Origin: an uncultured Planctomycetota bacterium
GTDB taxonomy: Bacteria > Planctomycetota > Planctomycetia > Isosphaerales > Isosphaeraceae
Assembly (NCBI GenBank): GCA_963845755.1
Contig: CAWJTV010000047.1
Span: 160,001 to 224,000, forward strand
Direction of reading: 5' to 3'
DNA length: 64,000 nucleotides
Below, piece after piece: positions 21,465 through 33,015 of the stretch. The position numbers and the translations under genes were made by a program. The notes under the pieces are model-generated. The model searched no databases and was not told the DNA's origin. It was given only the letters and a program-made list of their open reading frames with translations. Every line of letters starts with the position of its first letter. The first letter of the stretch is position 1.

Positions 21465-24400
21465 ATGCGTGTTGGCCGTCGCGTGGCGAAGGTGCTCTTC
21501 TGGACGATCGTGTTTTGCATGTCAGTCCTCTTCGGCGCGCTGTGGTTCGCGTACACCTACTTGACCGACAGTGAGACGGCGTCGCGGCTAATCCGTCAAT
21601 ACGCCTCGAAGTACTTGCCCGGTTCAGGTCTCGACCCGGGTCGCGTACGCCTGAGCCTCTTGCGAGGCGAGTTGACCCTCAACAATCTCCAAATCCTGCA
21701 ATCGATCGATGATCGGCCGTACCCGTCGTTGCATGTCCCCTGGCTCAGGATCGGCATCGATCCGAAGAAGCTGGTCAAAGGCCAGTTGGACTTTCGCCAG
21801 GTCTCCGTGGTTTATCCGACGCTCCGGCTCTGCCACCGTCGAGACGGCACGCTGAACCTCCAGGGCTTGCTCGCCGACCCTTGGCCTGGTCCCTGGCTCG
21901 ACAAGACACCGCCGATTCTCGTCGAGCATGGGACGCTCGAGGTGGTTCCGGTACAGGAGGAACTTCAAAGCGGGGGACCTCCGGGGACAGCTGTTCCGCT
22001 GGCCGGACCCAACACGTCCGGCAAGGACGAGCCGCCGAACCCGAACCCGGCGGCGCCGGTGCCCAGGCCGAACCCGGCGACCGCGATCAAGGTTCTCCGC
22101 GACGTCAGCCTGAAAATCGTGCAAGTGGAGAGGCTGCTGTATCGATTCGAAGGCTCAGCCCAGGGCGACAGCCTGGACCAACTACACCTCAGCGGCACGG
22201 TCAACCTCGAGACCGGTCGTACCAGCCTGAGCGGCAGCCTGGCCGGACTCACCCTCTCCGACGCCGTACGGCGCCGCATCCCGCCTGAAGTACGCCCGAT
22301 GATGAACGACCTGGCACTGACAGGCGGCGTCTTAGACCTCGAGGTGAAACGGGCCATCTACGATCCCGTCGCACCGGCCGGAGACCGTCTGCACTATGCG
22401 ATGTCGGCCCGGCTCCGTGAGGGGGTCTGGGAGTGCCCGCACCTGCCGTTTTCGGTCAACAAGCTCTCGGCGATCCTCGGCGTCGAAGACGGCCTGATCA
22501 CCATCGAGCATGCCGAGGGATTCCATGGCGAAACGACGCTCCGCGCCAAGGGGACCATGCGCAGGCGACCCGCGCAGAGAACCTCTCGACTTGCACGTCG
22601 AGCTGATGGACCTGGAGCTCGACTGGCAGCCCGGCGGCCGCCTCCGCAGTCGAACCCCCTCCGAATACATGGAGCTCTGGGATGTTTTCCAGCCGCATGG
22701 ATTGATCGACGCCCGGATCGACCTGGTACGCACCGAACGCGATAGACCGGTCGATCTCGGGGCCAAGGTGACGTGTAAAGATGTCTCCGCGAAGTATCGC
22801 CACTTCGCCTATCAGCTCGACCACCTCAGGGGCCAGCTCGAGCTGAAAAAGAACTTGCTGACGGTGAATGTGCGGACGCTCAGCGTCGGCGGTCGTCCGC
22901 TCGAACTCAAGGGGACGATCAAGAACCCTGGGGTCGCGGCGATCGTCAACCTCGAACTCACGGCCGAGTCGCTGCCGATCGAAGAGCCGCTCCTCAAGGC
23001 ATTCAAGCCGGAAGTCCAGAAGGTCGTCGCCCAGTTCGATCCCAAGGGAATCGTTCGGGCCCACGCGATGGTCACTCGCAAACCCATGCCCGGACGTCCC
23101 GAGGGACGCATTACCATCGACGCCGAGATCGACCTGAGCGAGCGATGCGAGATCCGATGGGCCAAGCTGCCTTACCCGATCCGGAACCTGACCGGCCGTC
23201 TCGAAATGGCGGTCGGATCCGAGCGGCATCCGGACCTCTGGGTCTTCCGGGACATGCGCGGGGAGAACGGCCAGGCGAAGATCAAGGTCAGCGGACGGGT
23301 GGAGAAGCTCCCCGGTCCCAAGCTGTCCAACGGCGACGACCCTCTGAAAGTTCACGTCGATCTTCAGGCCAGGAACCTCCCGTTCAGCCAGGAACTCCGG
23401 ACGTCGCTCCGAGGCGCATGGGACAAGGTCTGGAAGGCGATCAATCCCTCCGGGGCCAGCGACGTCGAGGCCACGGTCGACGTCGAGCCGCACAAGCCGG
23501 AACGCACTCACATCGTGATCGTGCCGCTCCCCGAGACGAGCGTTCGGCTGGAGATCCTGCGGGCTCCCCAGCCGAAGCACTCCGACCCCGGCGGCATGGT
23601 CGAGCTGCGGATGGATGACGTCCGGGGCCGGTTCGTCTTCGACAACGGCCAGGTGACCATGAACGACGTCAGCGTCCAGTTCCGCGGGGCCCCGGTGCGC
23701 TGCGATCGCGGGACGGTCTTCGTCGAGGATTCGGGGCGATTCGGCCTGAGTGTCACCGACTTGTGGATCAAGGACATCCGCCTCGATCTCGACCTCCGCA
23801 AGAAGATGCCACCGCTGATGGCGGAGTTCGCCCAGCGGCTGGACGACGGACGGACCTTCACGGCGCGGGGGAACTTGAAGATCGGCTGGTCGGGCAACAA
23901 GGACCAGCCCGCCTGGTGTCAGTGGGAGAAGACCCTGGTCGTCTTCAACGACAACCGGCTCTCGACGGGGATCCCCCTCGAGCACATCCAGGGCGAGATC
24001 GACAACGTGAGCGGCTGGTCCGACGGTCTGACGGTCAAGGTCGAGGGGATCATCAAGCTGGAAAGCGTGGTCGTGCAGGGGCAACAAATCACCCGCGTGG
24101 AGTCGCCGTTCCGGGTGCAGGATGGGGTAGCGGAGCTGGTGGACCTGCGCGGGCATCTCCTTGGCGGTGACCTTTGGGGCAAGAGCCGGATCAGTCTGGA
24201 TGCGACGCCGAGCTACGCCGCGACGCTGTCGCTGCACGGGGCCCGGCTCGAGGAGTATGCGCGGACAATCGGCGGACGACGAACGTACCGGGGAAACATC
24301 GATGCCCATCTCGCATGCAGTGGCCTGGGGAGCGAGCTTCGCACGCTCCAGGGGCAGGGGGAAGCTCACATCACCCAGGGAGACCTGGGCAAACTCCCGG

Positions 24401-24792
24401 TCGTGTTCCGGATCGCGTCCTTGCTGAATCCGACACGCACGCTGTCCGACGCCCCGAAAGTGGGCATCAAGACGGCCTTCGACTCGGCCGACGTCGCCTT
24501 CTCAATCTCGCACGGACTCTCCAGCTTGGACCCGATCAAGTTCACGGGCAACACGTTCAGTCTCCAGGGCCGCGGGACCCTCGACCCGCAAGCCAATCTG
24601 GACCTCCGCCTTCGGGTCCTCCTCGGCCGGGATCGTTTCCCCATCCCGATCCTCAGCGACCTGATCCGAGAGGCTGGCGGCCAGTTCCTGATCGTCCACG
24701 TCACAGGCACGCCCGCATATCCCGACTTCAAACTGGAGGCGCTCCCGCAGCTCAAGCGAGACCCCAACCGCGCCGAGTCGGTCGAGCCATGA
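21465..24792 (+). CDS. AsmA-like protein (frameshift near 22560)
   Basis: N-terminal TM anchor, long beta-rich body, C-terminal AFDSADVAF...SLQGRGTLD...VHVTGTPAYP. Confidence 0.75.
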
Positions 24793-24876
24793 GTTCTCCG
24801 GTCGAGGCACCTGCACTCGGGCCCTGACAAGTATCGCCGTCGATGAGGTCCAAGGAACTCCGCCCCCGGAGGACGC

Positions 24877-25827
24877 TCATGAGAGGAACTGCGAGATCAG
24901 CCGGTAGATCTCCGGTTGATAGATGTCCGAATGATGTCCAGACGGGGCTTCCGTCAGCGTGTCCACCTTGTAAGAATCGTGGGTGTGCAGGAGGGTTAGG
25001 TCGGCGACGACCAGGCGGGCGTTGAGTCCCGGAGCCGTGGTGAAGCCCACGTCCACCGAGACCGACTGGGCCCCGCCGAACCGGGCTTTCAACGCATCCG
25101 TGGGACCCGCATATCCGAGGGCCTGTTGCGCCTGACTGAATAGCTTCAGGTGTCCTGCCGCGAAGTAAGCAACCTTCAGGGCCGTGTCCAGATCGGAGTG
25201 GCTTATCAGAATCCGAATGTTCGGGAGGCCCGCGACTTCGCCGTACGATTGGCCGGCATCAAGCTCATTGCAGTCGAATGCCGCCTCGAGCAGGACCAGG
25301 TCGATGGAGACGCCGGCGAGCAGGCTGGCCGATTGAACCGCCATCTGCTGCAATGCCGCACACACGACCTTGCAGCCGAAGCTGTGCCCGAGCAGGCGGA
25401 GGCTCGGTGCGGGAAGGCCCGCGGCCTGTCGTGCCTCGAGGATCAGGCGCAACGTGGCGTATCCGCCTTCCTCGCCGACGTCGTCGGCCATCATGGCACG
25501 GTTGAAGAACGACAGCGGCTGGAAGATATTCACGAGGGAGTTCTGTTGCTCACTGATCATTGCCGGCCAGTGGACCCCGATCCCGAGTGCGGAGAGTTGT
25601 GCCGCCGCCGCGGTCAACAGAATGACGCCCGCAAGCCCGATCGAGAACCGCGAATAATCGTTCATGGCGTCTTCCGCCGTCGTCCACCACCCGTGCGAGT
25701 ACAGGAAGACGTCCGTGAACGCGAACGGGCTGCTCATCGCGGTGGTCAGGCTCGGGCCGATATTCGGGTCGGTGTAAGCGCCCTGTGCCGTCATGGGTAC
25801 CATGACGTAGTGATCGTGAGGCATCAC
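24877..25827 (-). CDS. Alpha/beta hydrolase
   Basis: SHGW oxyanion motif, nucleophile elbow GHSFG, C-terminal GHHSDI. Confidence 0.8.
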   Translation of the reverse strand: MMPHDHYVMVPMTAQGAYTDPNIGPSLTTAMSSPFAFTDVFLYSHGWWTTAEDAMNDYSRFSIGLAGVILLTAAAAQLSALGIGVHWPAMISEQQNSLVNIFQPLSFFNRAMMADDVGEEGGYATLRLILEARQAAGLPAPSLRLLGHSFGCKVVCAALQQMAVQSASLLAGVSIDLVLLEAAFDCNELDAGQSYGEVAGLPNIRILISHSDLDTALKVAYFAAGHLKLFSQAQQALGYAGPTDALKARFGGAQSVSVDVGFTTAPGLNARLVVADLTLLHTHDSYKVDTLTEAPSGHHSDIYQPEIYRLISQFLS

Positions 25828-25924
25828 GCATCCTCCTGGTGGCCGATCCCGTCGTGGAACGGAGGGATCGTCGAACGTTCGTCGAGGATTCTAGACGATC
25901 GGGTACAGAGCGAGAAGGTGCCAG

Positions 25925-27228
25925 TCAATCCAGCGTCGTCGGGTCGGGGTCGCATCGGATCGGTCGGCGTGGATCGATGAACAGCCAGCACGCCGCACCG
26001 GCGAGATAGAGAGCGCCCGCAATGTAGAGCGGAGTCGCCCAGTCCTCGGCGCCTTTCTCGAGGAAGTAGGGGAGGACGATCGGGCTGAGGAACGCGCCGA
26101 GCTGGCCGGCGCTGTTCATGGTCCCGGTTACGAGGCCCGCATGAGGGCCGGCGATGTCGAGGCAAGAGCCCCAGGCCGCGCCGAGCAAGAAACTGTCCGC
26201 GGCCCCCGCCAATGCGATCAGCAGTGCGGCGAGGAGCGCGTTTCCCACGCCGGCCCCGGCGATCAAGCCGATCCCTGCGGTCAGCAACGCCATGCCTCCA
26301 ATCCAGCATCGGCCCGCTCTCAAGCCGTGGCGTCGCGTCAAGAAATCTGTGGCCAGGCCGCCCAGGAGATCGGCCCCCGCGCTCAGGATCAGCGGCAGGC
26401 CGGCCAGCAGATTCAACTGCAACCCTGAGAAGCCGCGGGCCTCCTTCAGGTAGGTCGGGAGCCACGTGATGTTGAAGTAGAAGCCATATGCCTGGGTGAA
26501 ATACATCAAGCAGAGCAGGATCACGTTCCGGTCGGACAGGATCTGGCCCAGAGCCTCGAAGTCGAGTCGATGAGGCCGACTCGGCTTTCGTCCCGATTCG
26601 ATGTACTTCCGCTCCGATTCGCTGACAGCGGGATGATCGGCCGGCTCGTCCCGGAACCAGCGGAACCAGGCCGCGGCCCAGACGAAGCCGACCATTCCAA
26701 ACATGACGAAAACCAGTCGCCAGGGTAGGACGGTCAACAGGGCACCGACCAGGATCGGTGTCAGCCCGCCGCCGAGATGCGCCCGGCGAAGAAGATCCCC
26801 TGGGCCGTGCCGCGCTCCGAGGCGGGGAACCATCGCGAGAACGTCCGCGAGGCATTGGGGAACGCACCGGCCTCGCCCATCCCGAACAAGAACCGGACGG
26901 CCAGCATCGACACGTAGTTGAACGCCGCGGCGGTCGCGATCGTGAAGGTCGACCACCAGATCACGATCCGCATCAGCACGCGGCGCGCACCGATCCGATC
27001 GCCCCAAGCTCCACTCGGGATCTCGAACAGCGCGTAGGCGATCGTGAACGCGCTGAAGACGTATCCCATCTGCACCTTCGAGAGCCCCATGTCCTGCCGG
27101 ATCTCCGCCTCCGCCCGGGAGATGCAAACCCGGTCCAGGTACGTCACCGCCGCCAGGGCGACGGTAAACGCCAGGACCTGGTATCGGACCCGCGTCGTCG
27201 GCTTGTCGTCGAATGGATCCTCGATCAT
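25925..27228 (-). CDS. MFS transporter, anion:cation symporter type (sugar-acid), frameshift near 26790
   Basis: [56 protein letters not shown]. Confidence 0.92.
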
Positions 27229-27361
27229 GGGAGTGACTGGTGGCTGGCGGTGATGAGGAAGTTATAGTGTCATGGGGGTTCCGAGAGTGGCTAGTAAACG
27301 CGAGGTTGGCCACGATTTCCAGCCACCCGCCACCCGCCTCTTACCCGAAAGGGGTCCCACC

Positions 27362-28618
27362 ATGAACTCAACGCACAGGAATCGAGGGATTGCGAGCCGT
27401 CGTTCGGTGCTGGCCGGTGCCTTCGGGGTGCTGGGCTGGTCGGCCTTCGATCGGGCCGAGGCCGAGGCTCAGGAGCGCGTCGGGCACGATGCGCCCGTCG
27501 GATCTCGGGAGCGGATCAAGATCACCAAGCTGGAGACCCTGCTGGTCAAGCCGCGCTGGCTCTTCCTAAAGGTGCACACCGACGCGGGGATCGTGGGCCT
27601 CGGCGAGCCGATCGTGGAGGGACGCGCGCTGACCGTGGCCGAGGCCGTCAAGGAAATCGAGCCCTACCTGCTGGGCAAGGACCCGCGCCGCGTGGTCCAC
27701 CATTGGCAGGCCGTCTACCGGCATGCATTCTACCGCGGCGGCCCGATCCTCACCAGCGCGCTGAGCGGGATTGACCAGGCCCTCTGGGACATCAAGGGGA
27801 AAGCATTGGGCATACCGGTCTACGAGCTGCTGGGCGGGCCGACTCGCAACAAGATTCGCGTGTATGCCCATGCCAGGACTCCGGAGCAGATCAAGCGCGG
27901 CCGCGAGCTCGGCTTCACGGCGTTCAAGACAAACCCGGCGAAGAGGCGGCCGTCGCGCTACGTCGAGACGCCGGCCGAGGTCCACTACGCCGCGGAGAAA
28001 TTCGCCGAGCTGCGCAAGGCCGCGGGTGACGACGTGGACATCGCCATCGACTTCCACGGCGCGATCAGCCCGGCCACCGCCAAGCTCCTGATCAAGGCGA
28101 TCGAGCCGTTTCAGCCGATGTTCGTCGAGGAGCCGTGCCAGGCCCAGAACCACGAGGTGATGGCGGAAATCGCCCGCGGGACCCACCTGCCGATCGCCAC
28201 CGGCGAACGGGTCTTCACCAAGTGGGGGTTCCGCGAGGTGCTGGAGAAACGCGCGGCCACGATCCTCCAGCCCGACCTGTGCCATGCCGGTGGGATCACC
28301 GAGGTCCGGCTGATCGCCGGCATGGCCGAGGCCTACTACGCCGCCATTGCTCCCCACAACCCCCTGGGACCGATCTCGCTGGCCGCCGGCATCCAGATCG
28401 CCGCCTCGATCCCCAATTTCCTCTGCCAGGAGCAGGTCAGTCTGGGCGAGGGCTACCTCAAGACGCCGTTCACCTTGCGCAAGGGCTATCTCGACCTCCC
28501 CACCGGTCCGGGACTGGGCGTCGAGCTCGATGAAGACGCGATGGCCAACAAGATCGGTCACGATTGGAAGAACAGGGAGTCTTACGACGCCGATGACGGC
28601 TCGGTGGTCAACTGGTAG
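27362..28618 (+). CDS. dgoD: Galactonate dehydratase-like enolase-superfamily enzyme with twin-arginine N-terminus
   Basis: PRWLFLKVHTDAGIVGLGEP, FYRGGPILTSALSGIDQALWDIKGK, IDFHG, EEP, ATGER, APHNPLGPI. Confidence 0.85.
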   Translation: MNSTHRNRGIASRRSVLAGAFGVLGWSAFDRAEAEAQERVGHDAPVGSRERIKITKLETLLVKPRWLFLKVHTDAGIVGLGEPIVEGRALTVAEAVKEIEPYLLGKDPRRVVHHWQAVYRHAFYRGGPILTSALSGIDQALWDIKGKALGIPVYELLGGPTRNKIRVYAHARTPEQIKRGRELGFTAFKTNPAKRRPSRYVETPAEVHYAAEKFAELRKAAGDDVDIAIDFHGAISPATAKLLIKAIEPFQPMFVEEPCQAQNHEVMAEIARGTHLPIATGERVFTKWGFREVLEKRAATILQPDLCHAGGITEVRLIAGMAEAYYAAIAPHNPLGPISLAAGIQIAASIPNFLCQEQVSLGEGYLKTPFTLRKGYLDLPTGPGLGVELDEDAMANKIGHDWKNRESYDADDGSVVNW

Positions 28619-28682
28619 GTCAAGTACGTCAGGCTTTCCAGCCTGACGAACCGGCTGCGTCCGTCTGGAAAGCCTGACCTAC
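28615..28682. repeat. REP doublet between convergent genes
   Basis: gtacgtcaggctttccagcctgac (28624-28647) pairs with gtccgtctggaaagcctgacctac (28659-28682), 21/24; the left arm is internally palindromic. Confidence 0.8.
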
Positions 28683-29920
28683 TTTTTCGCCGGTGAAATC
28701 GTAATCGTCTTGCACTGGACAGAGTTGAGCCCGGAGCGTTGCTGGAAGGGTCGAGGCTCGGGTTGCGCGTATCCGTTCTTGTCGATCGTCCGGACACGAA
28801 ACTCGTAAATCCCCGGCTTCAAACCGTGCAACGTCGCTGACCACGAAGCGACGCTGAACCTCATGGGCCACTCCTTCGGCCGGCCATTCGGGGCGAATCC
28901 CCAGACCTGACTGGGCTTGACGTCTGTCGGTACCTCGCCTCCCCAGTCGTCCGGAGGCGGATCGAGAGAACAGGACCGCCACTGCGCGGATCGCCATGCG
29001 GGGTCGTCGTCGCGGAGCTCGACGCGGGGACGAGTCCCGGGACGAAGCCAGTATTCGACCCGCTCCAGCCCTGGCCAGCCCACCATCGCCGTTCCCCGGA
29101 TCGCCAACGCCTTGCCGGCTGGATAATTCCCGGGCTCGGGATCATCGAGATAAGCGGCGGTCTTCAGATAGGACTCGGGATCGTTATTCGCCAGGGCGTA
29201 GGTGTCGTTGGCCTGGTAATCGTTAGTCAGCATGATGTGCTGGAGCCACTTGATCGACTTGAAGCCGTGCGCCCAAGGCACGATCATTCGCACGGGCCCG
29301 CCGCGCTCCAGGGGGATCGGCTGGCCATTCAGTCGATAAGCAACAAATGGCGGCAGCTCGCCAGGCGGGGTGTCGAGGACCTGGTTGATCGCCAGCGAGG
29401 AGCGGAACATCTGCTTCGGATCATTGTTGTGGAAACCCCAGTAGTAAACCCGCCGGACGTCCCTCATCTTTCCGGTCGCGCGGAGGACGTCGCGCAGGGG
29501 CACTCCCTCCCACAACCCCTGTCCCAGTGGCTGGGCGATGTTGTTGCACTGCATGGCCTTGAGGAACTTGACGCCGCGCGTCCTTCCCAGCGCCAGGAGA
29601 CCGGGGAAGTCCAGCGCGGTGCCGCCTTCGATGCGGAGCGGCCTGTCGACGGCCGCTTTTCCCTCGGCGGCGACCTCCAGCCGCCACGTATCGGGAGTGA
29701 GCCGAGCCTGGACTAGCGCCTCGCCCTCGAGGGTGTGCGGGATCGGGTTGCCGCGGCTGACATCGCGGAACTCGTCGCCAGGGGTCAGGAACGGCCGGGG
29801 TGGGTCGGCCGGTCGATCGGGCTGATCACTCGCCAATCCGGAGCCGCCCGGCACGGCCAGCAGGGAGAGTCCGGCGACGCCCCGGCGAATCGCGTCGCGT
29901 CGAGAGAGCGAGTCCTTCAT
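28679..29920 (-). CDS. Sulfite-oxidase-family molybdopterin-dependent oxidoreductase, Tat-exported
   Basis: LSRRDAI Tat motif; MQCNN (candidate Mo-ligating Cys), WEGVPLRDVL, AYRLNGQPIPLERGGPVRMIVPWAHGFKSIKWL. Confidence 0.9.
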   Translation of the reverse strand: MKDSLSRRDAIRRGVAGLSLLAVPGGSGLASDQPDRPADPPRPFLTPGDEFRDVSRGNPIPHTLEGEALVQARLTPDTWRLEVAAEGKAAVDRPLRIEGGTALDFPGLLALGRTRGVKFLKAMQCNNIAQPLGQGLWEGVPLRDVLRATGKMRDVRRVYYWGFHNNDPKQMFRSSLAINQVLDTPPGELPPFVAYRLNGQPIPLERGGPVRMIVPWAHGFKSIKWLQHIMLTNDYQANDTYALANNDPESYLKTAAYLDDPEPGNYPAGKALAIRGTAMVGWPGLERVEYWLRPGTRPRVELRDDDPAWRSAQWRSCSLDPPPDDWGGEVPTDVKPSQVWGFAPNGRPKEWPMRFSVASWSATLHGLKPGIYEFRVRTIDKNGYAQPEPRPFQQRSGLNSVQCKTITISPAKK

Positions 29921-30086
29921 CGATCTTCCCTGTTGAGAGCGTACCCGACGAGAGGGTGAACGCGTGACCTTCCCTCTCGGGTGCATGTCGGCACCGTCAG
30001 GCCACCGGGCTGGTACCGATCGGCCTTGTGGCGAAGCTCGATCGACCGTTCTCCGCTATCATCATACCGAAAGGCTGGGCACAGAC

Positions 30087-31308
30087 TCAACAGGTGCAAG
30101 AAACGGATGGAACGGAGCCTGGGGACGCCGCGATCGGGCGTGGCGTGGCCTCGGCGAGTGCGACCTGACTTCGTCCCCCGCGCTGGGCGCGGGCGAGGGC
30201 ATCGTCGGCCGCGTCCAGGAGCGAGAATGCACTTCGCCGCATCCCCCGGAAACTCGGCGACCCCGATCGAGACGGTCGCGCAGCCCAGTTCGGCGACGTT
30301 CCGTGTCCTTTCGTTGATCGAGCGGCTGATCTTCTGAGCGACGTGCAGGGCGTTGCGGGCGCGGGCGCGGATCAGCATCACGACGATGCGATTGTCGTCG
30401 AGCCGCGCCACGATATCGCTTCGGCGGATCGAGGACGCCACGATCTGACATACTTCCCGGGCCAGGTGATCGACGGCATCCGGACCGAGCAAGTCCCGGA
30501 TCGCACTCAACCGGTCGATCGCCAGGCACAAGAGTGAGATCGGCTCGCGATGCCTCTTGGCCTGTCCCAGGGCAAAAGGAAAGACCGCATTCAGGAATGT
30601 CGCGTCGCCGATCACGCCCGGTGGCTTCGCCTGGTTGGCGAGGGATCGACCTTCGTCACCCGTCTCATCGACGGCTTTCCAGCCCCACTCGGCTTGCTGG
30701 CGAAGATGCTCCATGGCACAGGCCGCCATCGTGCAGGCGATCGCGAGTCTCCGCAGCACCACCGGCCGAAGGGCCAAACGGGTCCTCGTGTGGATCAACT
30801 GGAGCCGGCCATGGACAACGCCACCGCACCGCAACGGAAGCTCGGTCATCGATTCGCCGCGCCATCTCCCCGGATCGTGGACAGGATGGCCTGTCCGATC
30901 CGAGAGACCTTCGCCGTCCGAACCGGGACAGGGACCGGCGACCTCGTCCGGCGTGCGGATCAGCGCGATCCGCTTGTCGGGCACCAAGCTCCGAGTCAGA
31001 CTGAGCAGACCTGCCTCGATGTCGGCTGGGCTCGCGACCCCGTCCAGTTCCCGCGCGAACTGGTGAAGGGCCTCCTCGAACCGTCGTCGGCCTCCGCCGA
31101 AGCCTTCGGCCCATGCCCCACGACTGATTCGTAGTGCCAACGACCACCAGCGGCGAAGCCCTCGTTCGTGGGCGACCGGCCCCCCGCCGGACTCGACCGA
31201 GCCCTCTCCTTCGCCCCCTGAAGGCCGAGCATAAAGCTCCCGACTCAACCCTCGCTCCGCCACGGGACCATCTGCCCCGACATCAATTCTCCATGATCTC
31301 ATGCTCAT
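30087..31308 (-). CDS. Degenerate GGDEF-domain protein (frameshift near 30230)
   Basis: PISLLCLAIDRLSAIRDLLG, IRRSDIVARLDDNR, TVSIGVAEFP; shifted frame continues LLDAADDALARAQRGGRSQV to a stop at 30087-30089. Confidence 0.8.
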
Positions 31309-31980
31309 ATTTTTTCCATGAACGTGGGTTAGTGATACGGTTGACAACTCGATCGTCCGATCGGATCACGACGGAGCTCCGGGGCCCCGCCGACAGTTCC
31401 CACATCTGATCCAGCAGACCCGGAGAGATCTCCCCACCTCATTTACTGCGCCTCGGGAGGATCCGGGCAAGATCCGCTTCGCTTCGTGGAGGCGCTATAA
31501 TAAACCGCATCAACGCCACGTCGGTGGCTTGGGTCGATGTCTTGTGCAGATCGGGTTTTGACAATCCTCTCAGAGGTGAGGGCTCTGGCATCGCCGGATT
31601 GACGAACGGGCCAGGCCCAAGCACTTTTTGTGCCAATCCTGAGAAAACTCATCGCTGGCGGATTGCGAGAAGTTGAGTCGTAACGATCATATCGCCGTCA
31701 TCGTTGCAATAGGCGTGGCGAGCGCGATGCGGATGACACTTCATAACGACCGATCGCTGATCGTCGGGCCGGTACGCGACGCGCTCACAACCGGCTGGAA
31801 GGAACGTCACCTCCCTTACCAAAAGGGTAGGTCATGCTTCTTAGCCGATGGGAAACGCACTTGCCAGAATCGGCAAAAATGATGAGGATAGGGCTTCCGG
31901 AGGCCGATCCGTGTAGATATTCGGCAACACGTCTCCTTACGCGTCGTCGCCGCCTTTCTCCGATTGGGGGACGGAGCCCC

Positions 31981-32598
31981 ATGCGAACTCAGAGGATTGT
32001 CGTACGTGCACTGGGGCTGGGGATTATCGCCAGTCTTGTAGTCGGCCAGTGCGGCTGCAGCTCACTACCGACGACTTGGAGCGTACCGAACTTCGCCCCG
32101 TTCTGGGAACCACGCGCACCGCTCCAAAACCCACTGACTGTCCCGTCCTCGGATTACGAGAAGGTCTGGAACAAGACCGCCGCGGTGGTGGGCCAGTACT
32201 TCCCGATCGCGTCGGAGAATCGGCTGGCGGGCACGATTCGGACCGATAGCCAGATGACCGGTACACTGATCGAGCCTTGGAGCCGCGACTCGGCGTCGTT
32301 GCGGGATCGGCTCGAGGCGACGCTCCAAACTTACCGAAAGTTCGCTCTCGTCCAGATCGAGCCGGCCCCAACTGGGGGCTTTTTGGTCCGGGTGGAGGTG
32401 ATGAAAGAATTGGAAGACGTCTCCAAACCCGTTAGCCAACCGGCGGGGCGTGCGGTTTTCTACAACGACTTTCCGGTGAATCGTGTCCGCGAGATCGTCG
32501 GGTCCGTTCCCGCTCCTCTGGGATGGATCCCCATGGGGCGAGACGACAAGATGGAACAGCAGATCTTGTCAGAGCTCCATGACGCGTTCTTGCTTTGA
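31981..32598 (+). CDS. Hypothetical lipoprotein
   Basis: Hydrophobic signal ending QCGC; EPWSRDS...LEATLQTYR, GWIPMGRD. Confidence 0.65.
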   Translation: MRTQRIVVRALGLGIIASLVVGQCGCSSLPTTWSVPNFAPFWEPRAPLQNPLTVPSSDYEKVWNKTAAVVGQYFPIASENRLAGTIRTDSQMTGTLIEPWSRDSASLRDRLEATLQTYRKFALVQIEPAPTGGFLVRVEVMKELEDVSKPVSQPAGRAVFYNDFPVNRVREIVGSVPAPLGWIPMGRDDKMEQQILSELHDAFLL

Positions 32599-33015
32599 GG
32601 TGGGTCGTGGCCGAGGCGGCATCGAGGAACCGGTGAGTCGGAACTCCCAAGAGAGTCGGTGTTCTGGATGCCGTAGGAGTGGTTGGGGTTCGTAGCCGTC
32701 GCACAGGGCCGGATTCCGGCTGCGCGCAATCACGGGGTGGTCTTCCATGCAGAGACCACGTCTCCGGATGTCGTCCGGGGCCTCGACCTCAACTTGTCGA
32801 AGGTCCTCGGAGGCATCCGCGATCGACGGTGGTTTCCCACGAGTCCACTGCGGGCGGGCTTCCCCCAGTGGGCGCCGATCACGGCTCCGAGCCGCACGAA
32901 CGACCCCTGAGCGCTGCGGGCCTACGCCCGATCATTCAACGCTCTGATCCGGGCGTCGCTCGTGCGAGCGGTTCCGACTTCAGTGCGATGCATTCATCGA
33001 CGATGCGTCGCAGAC

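Noticed and set aside
22498..24369. Long antisense ORF (623 aa) and similar shadow ORFs throughout
   Set aside because: They lie opposite well-supported genes, have no motifs, and are expected in GC-rich DNA
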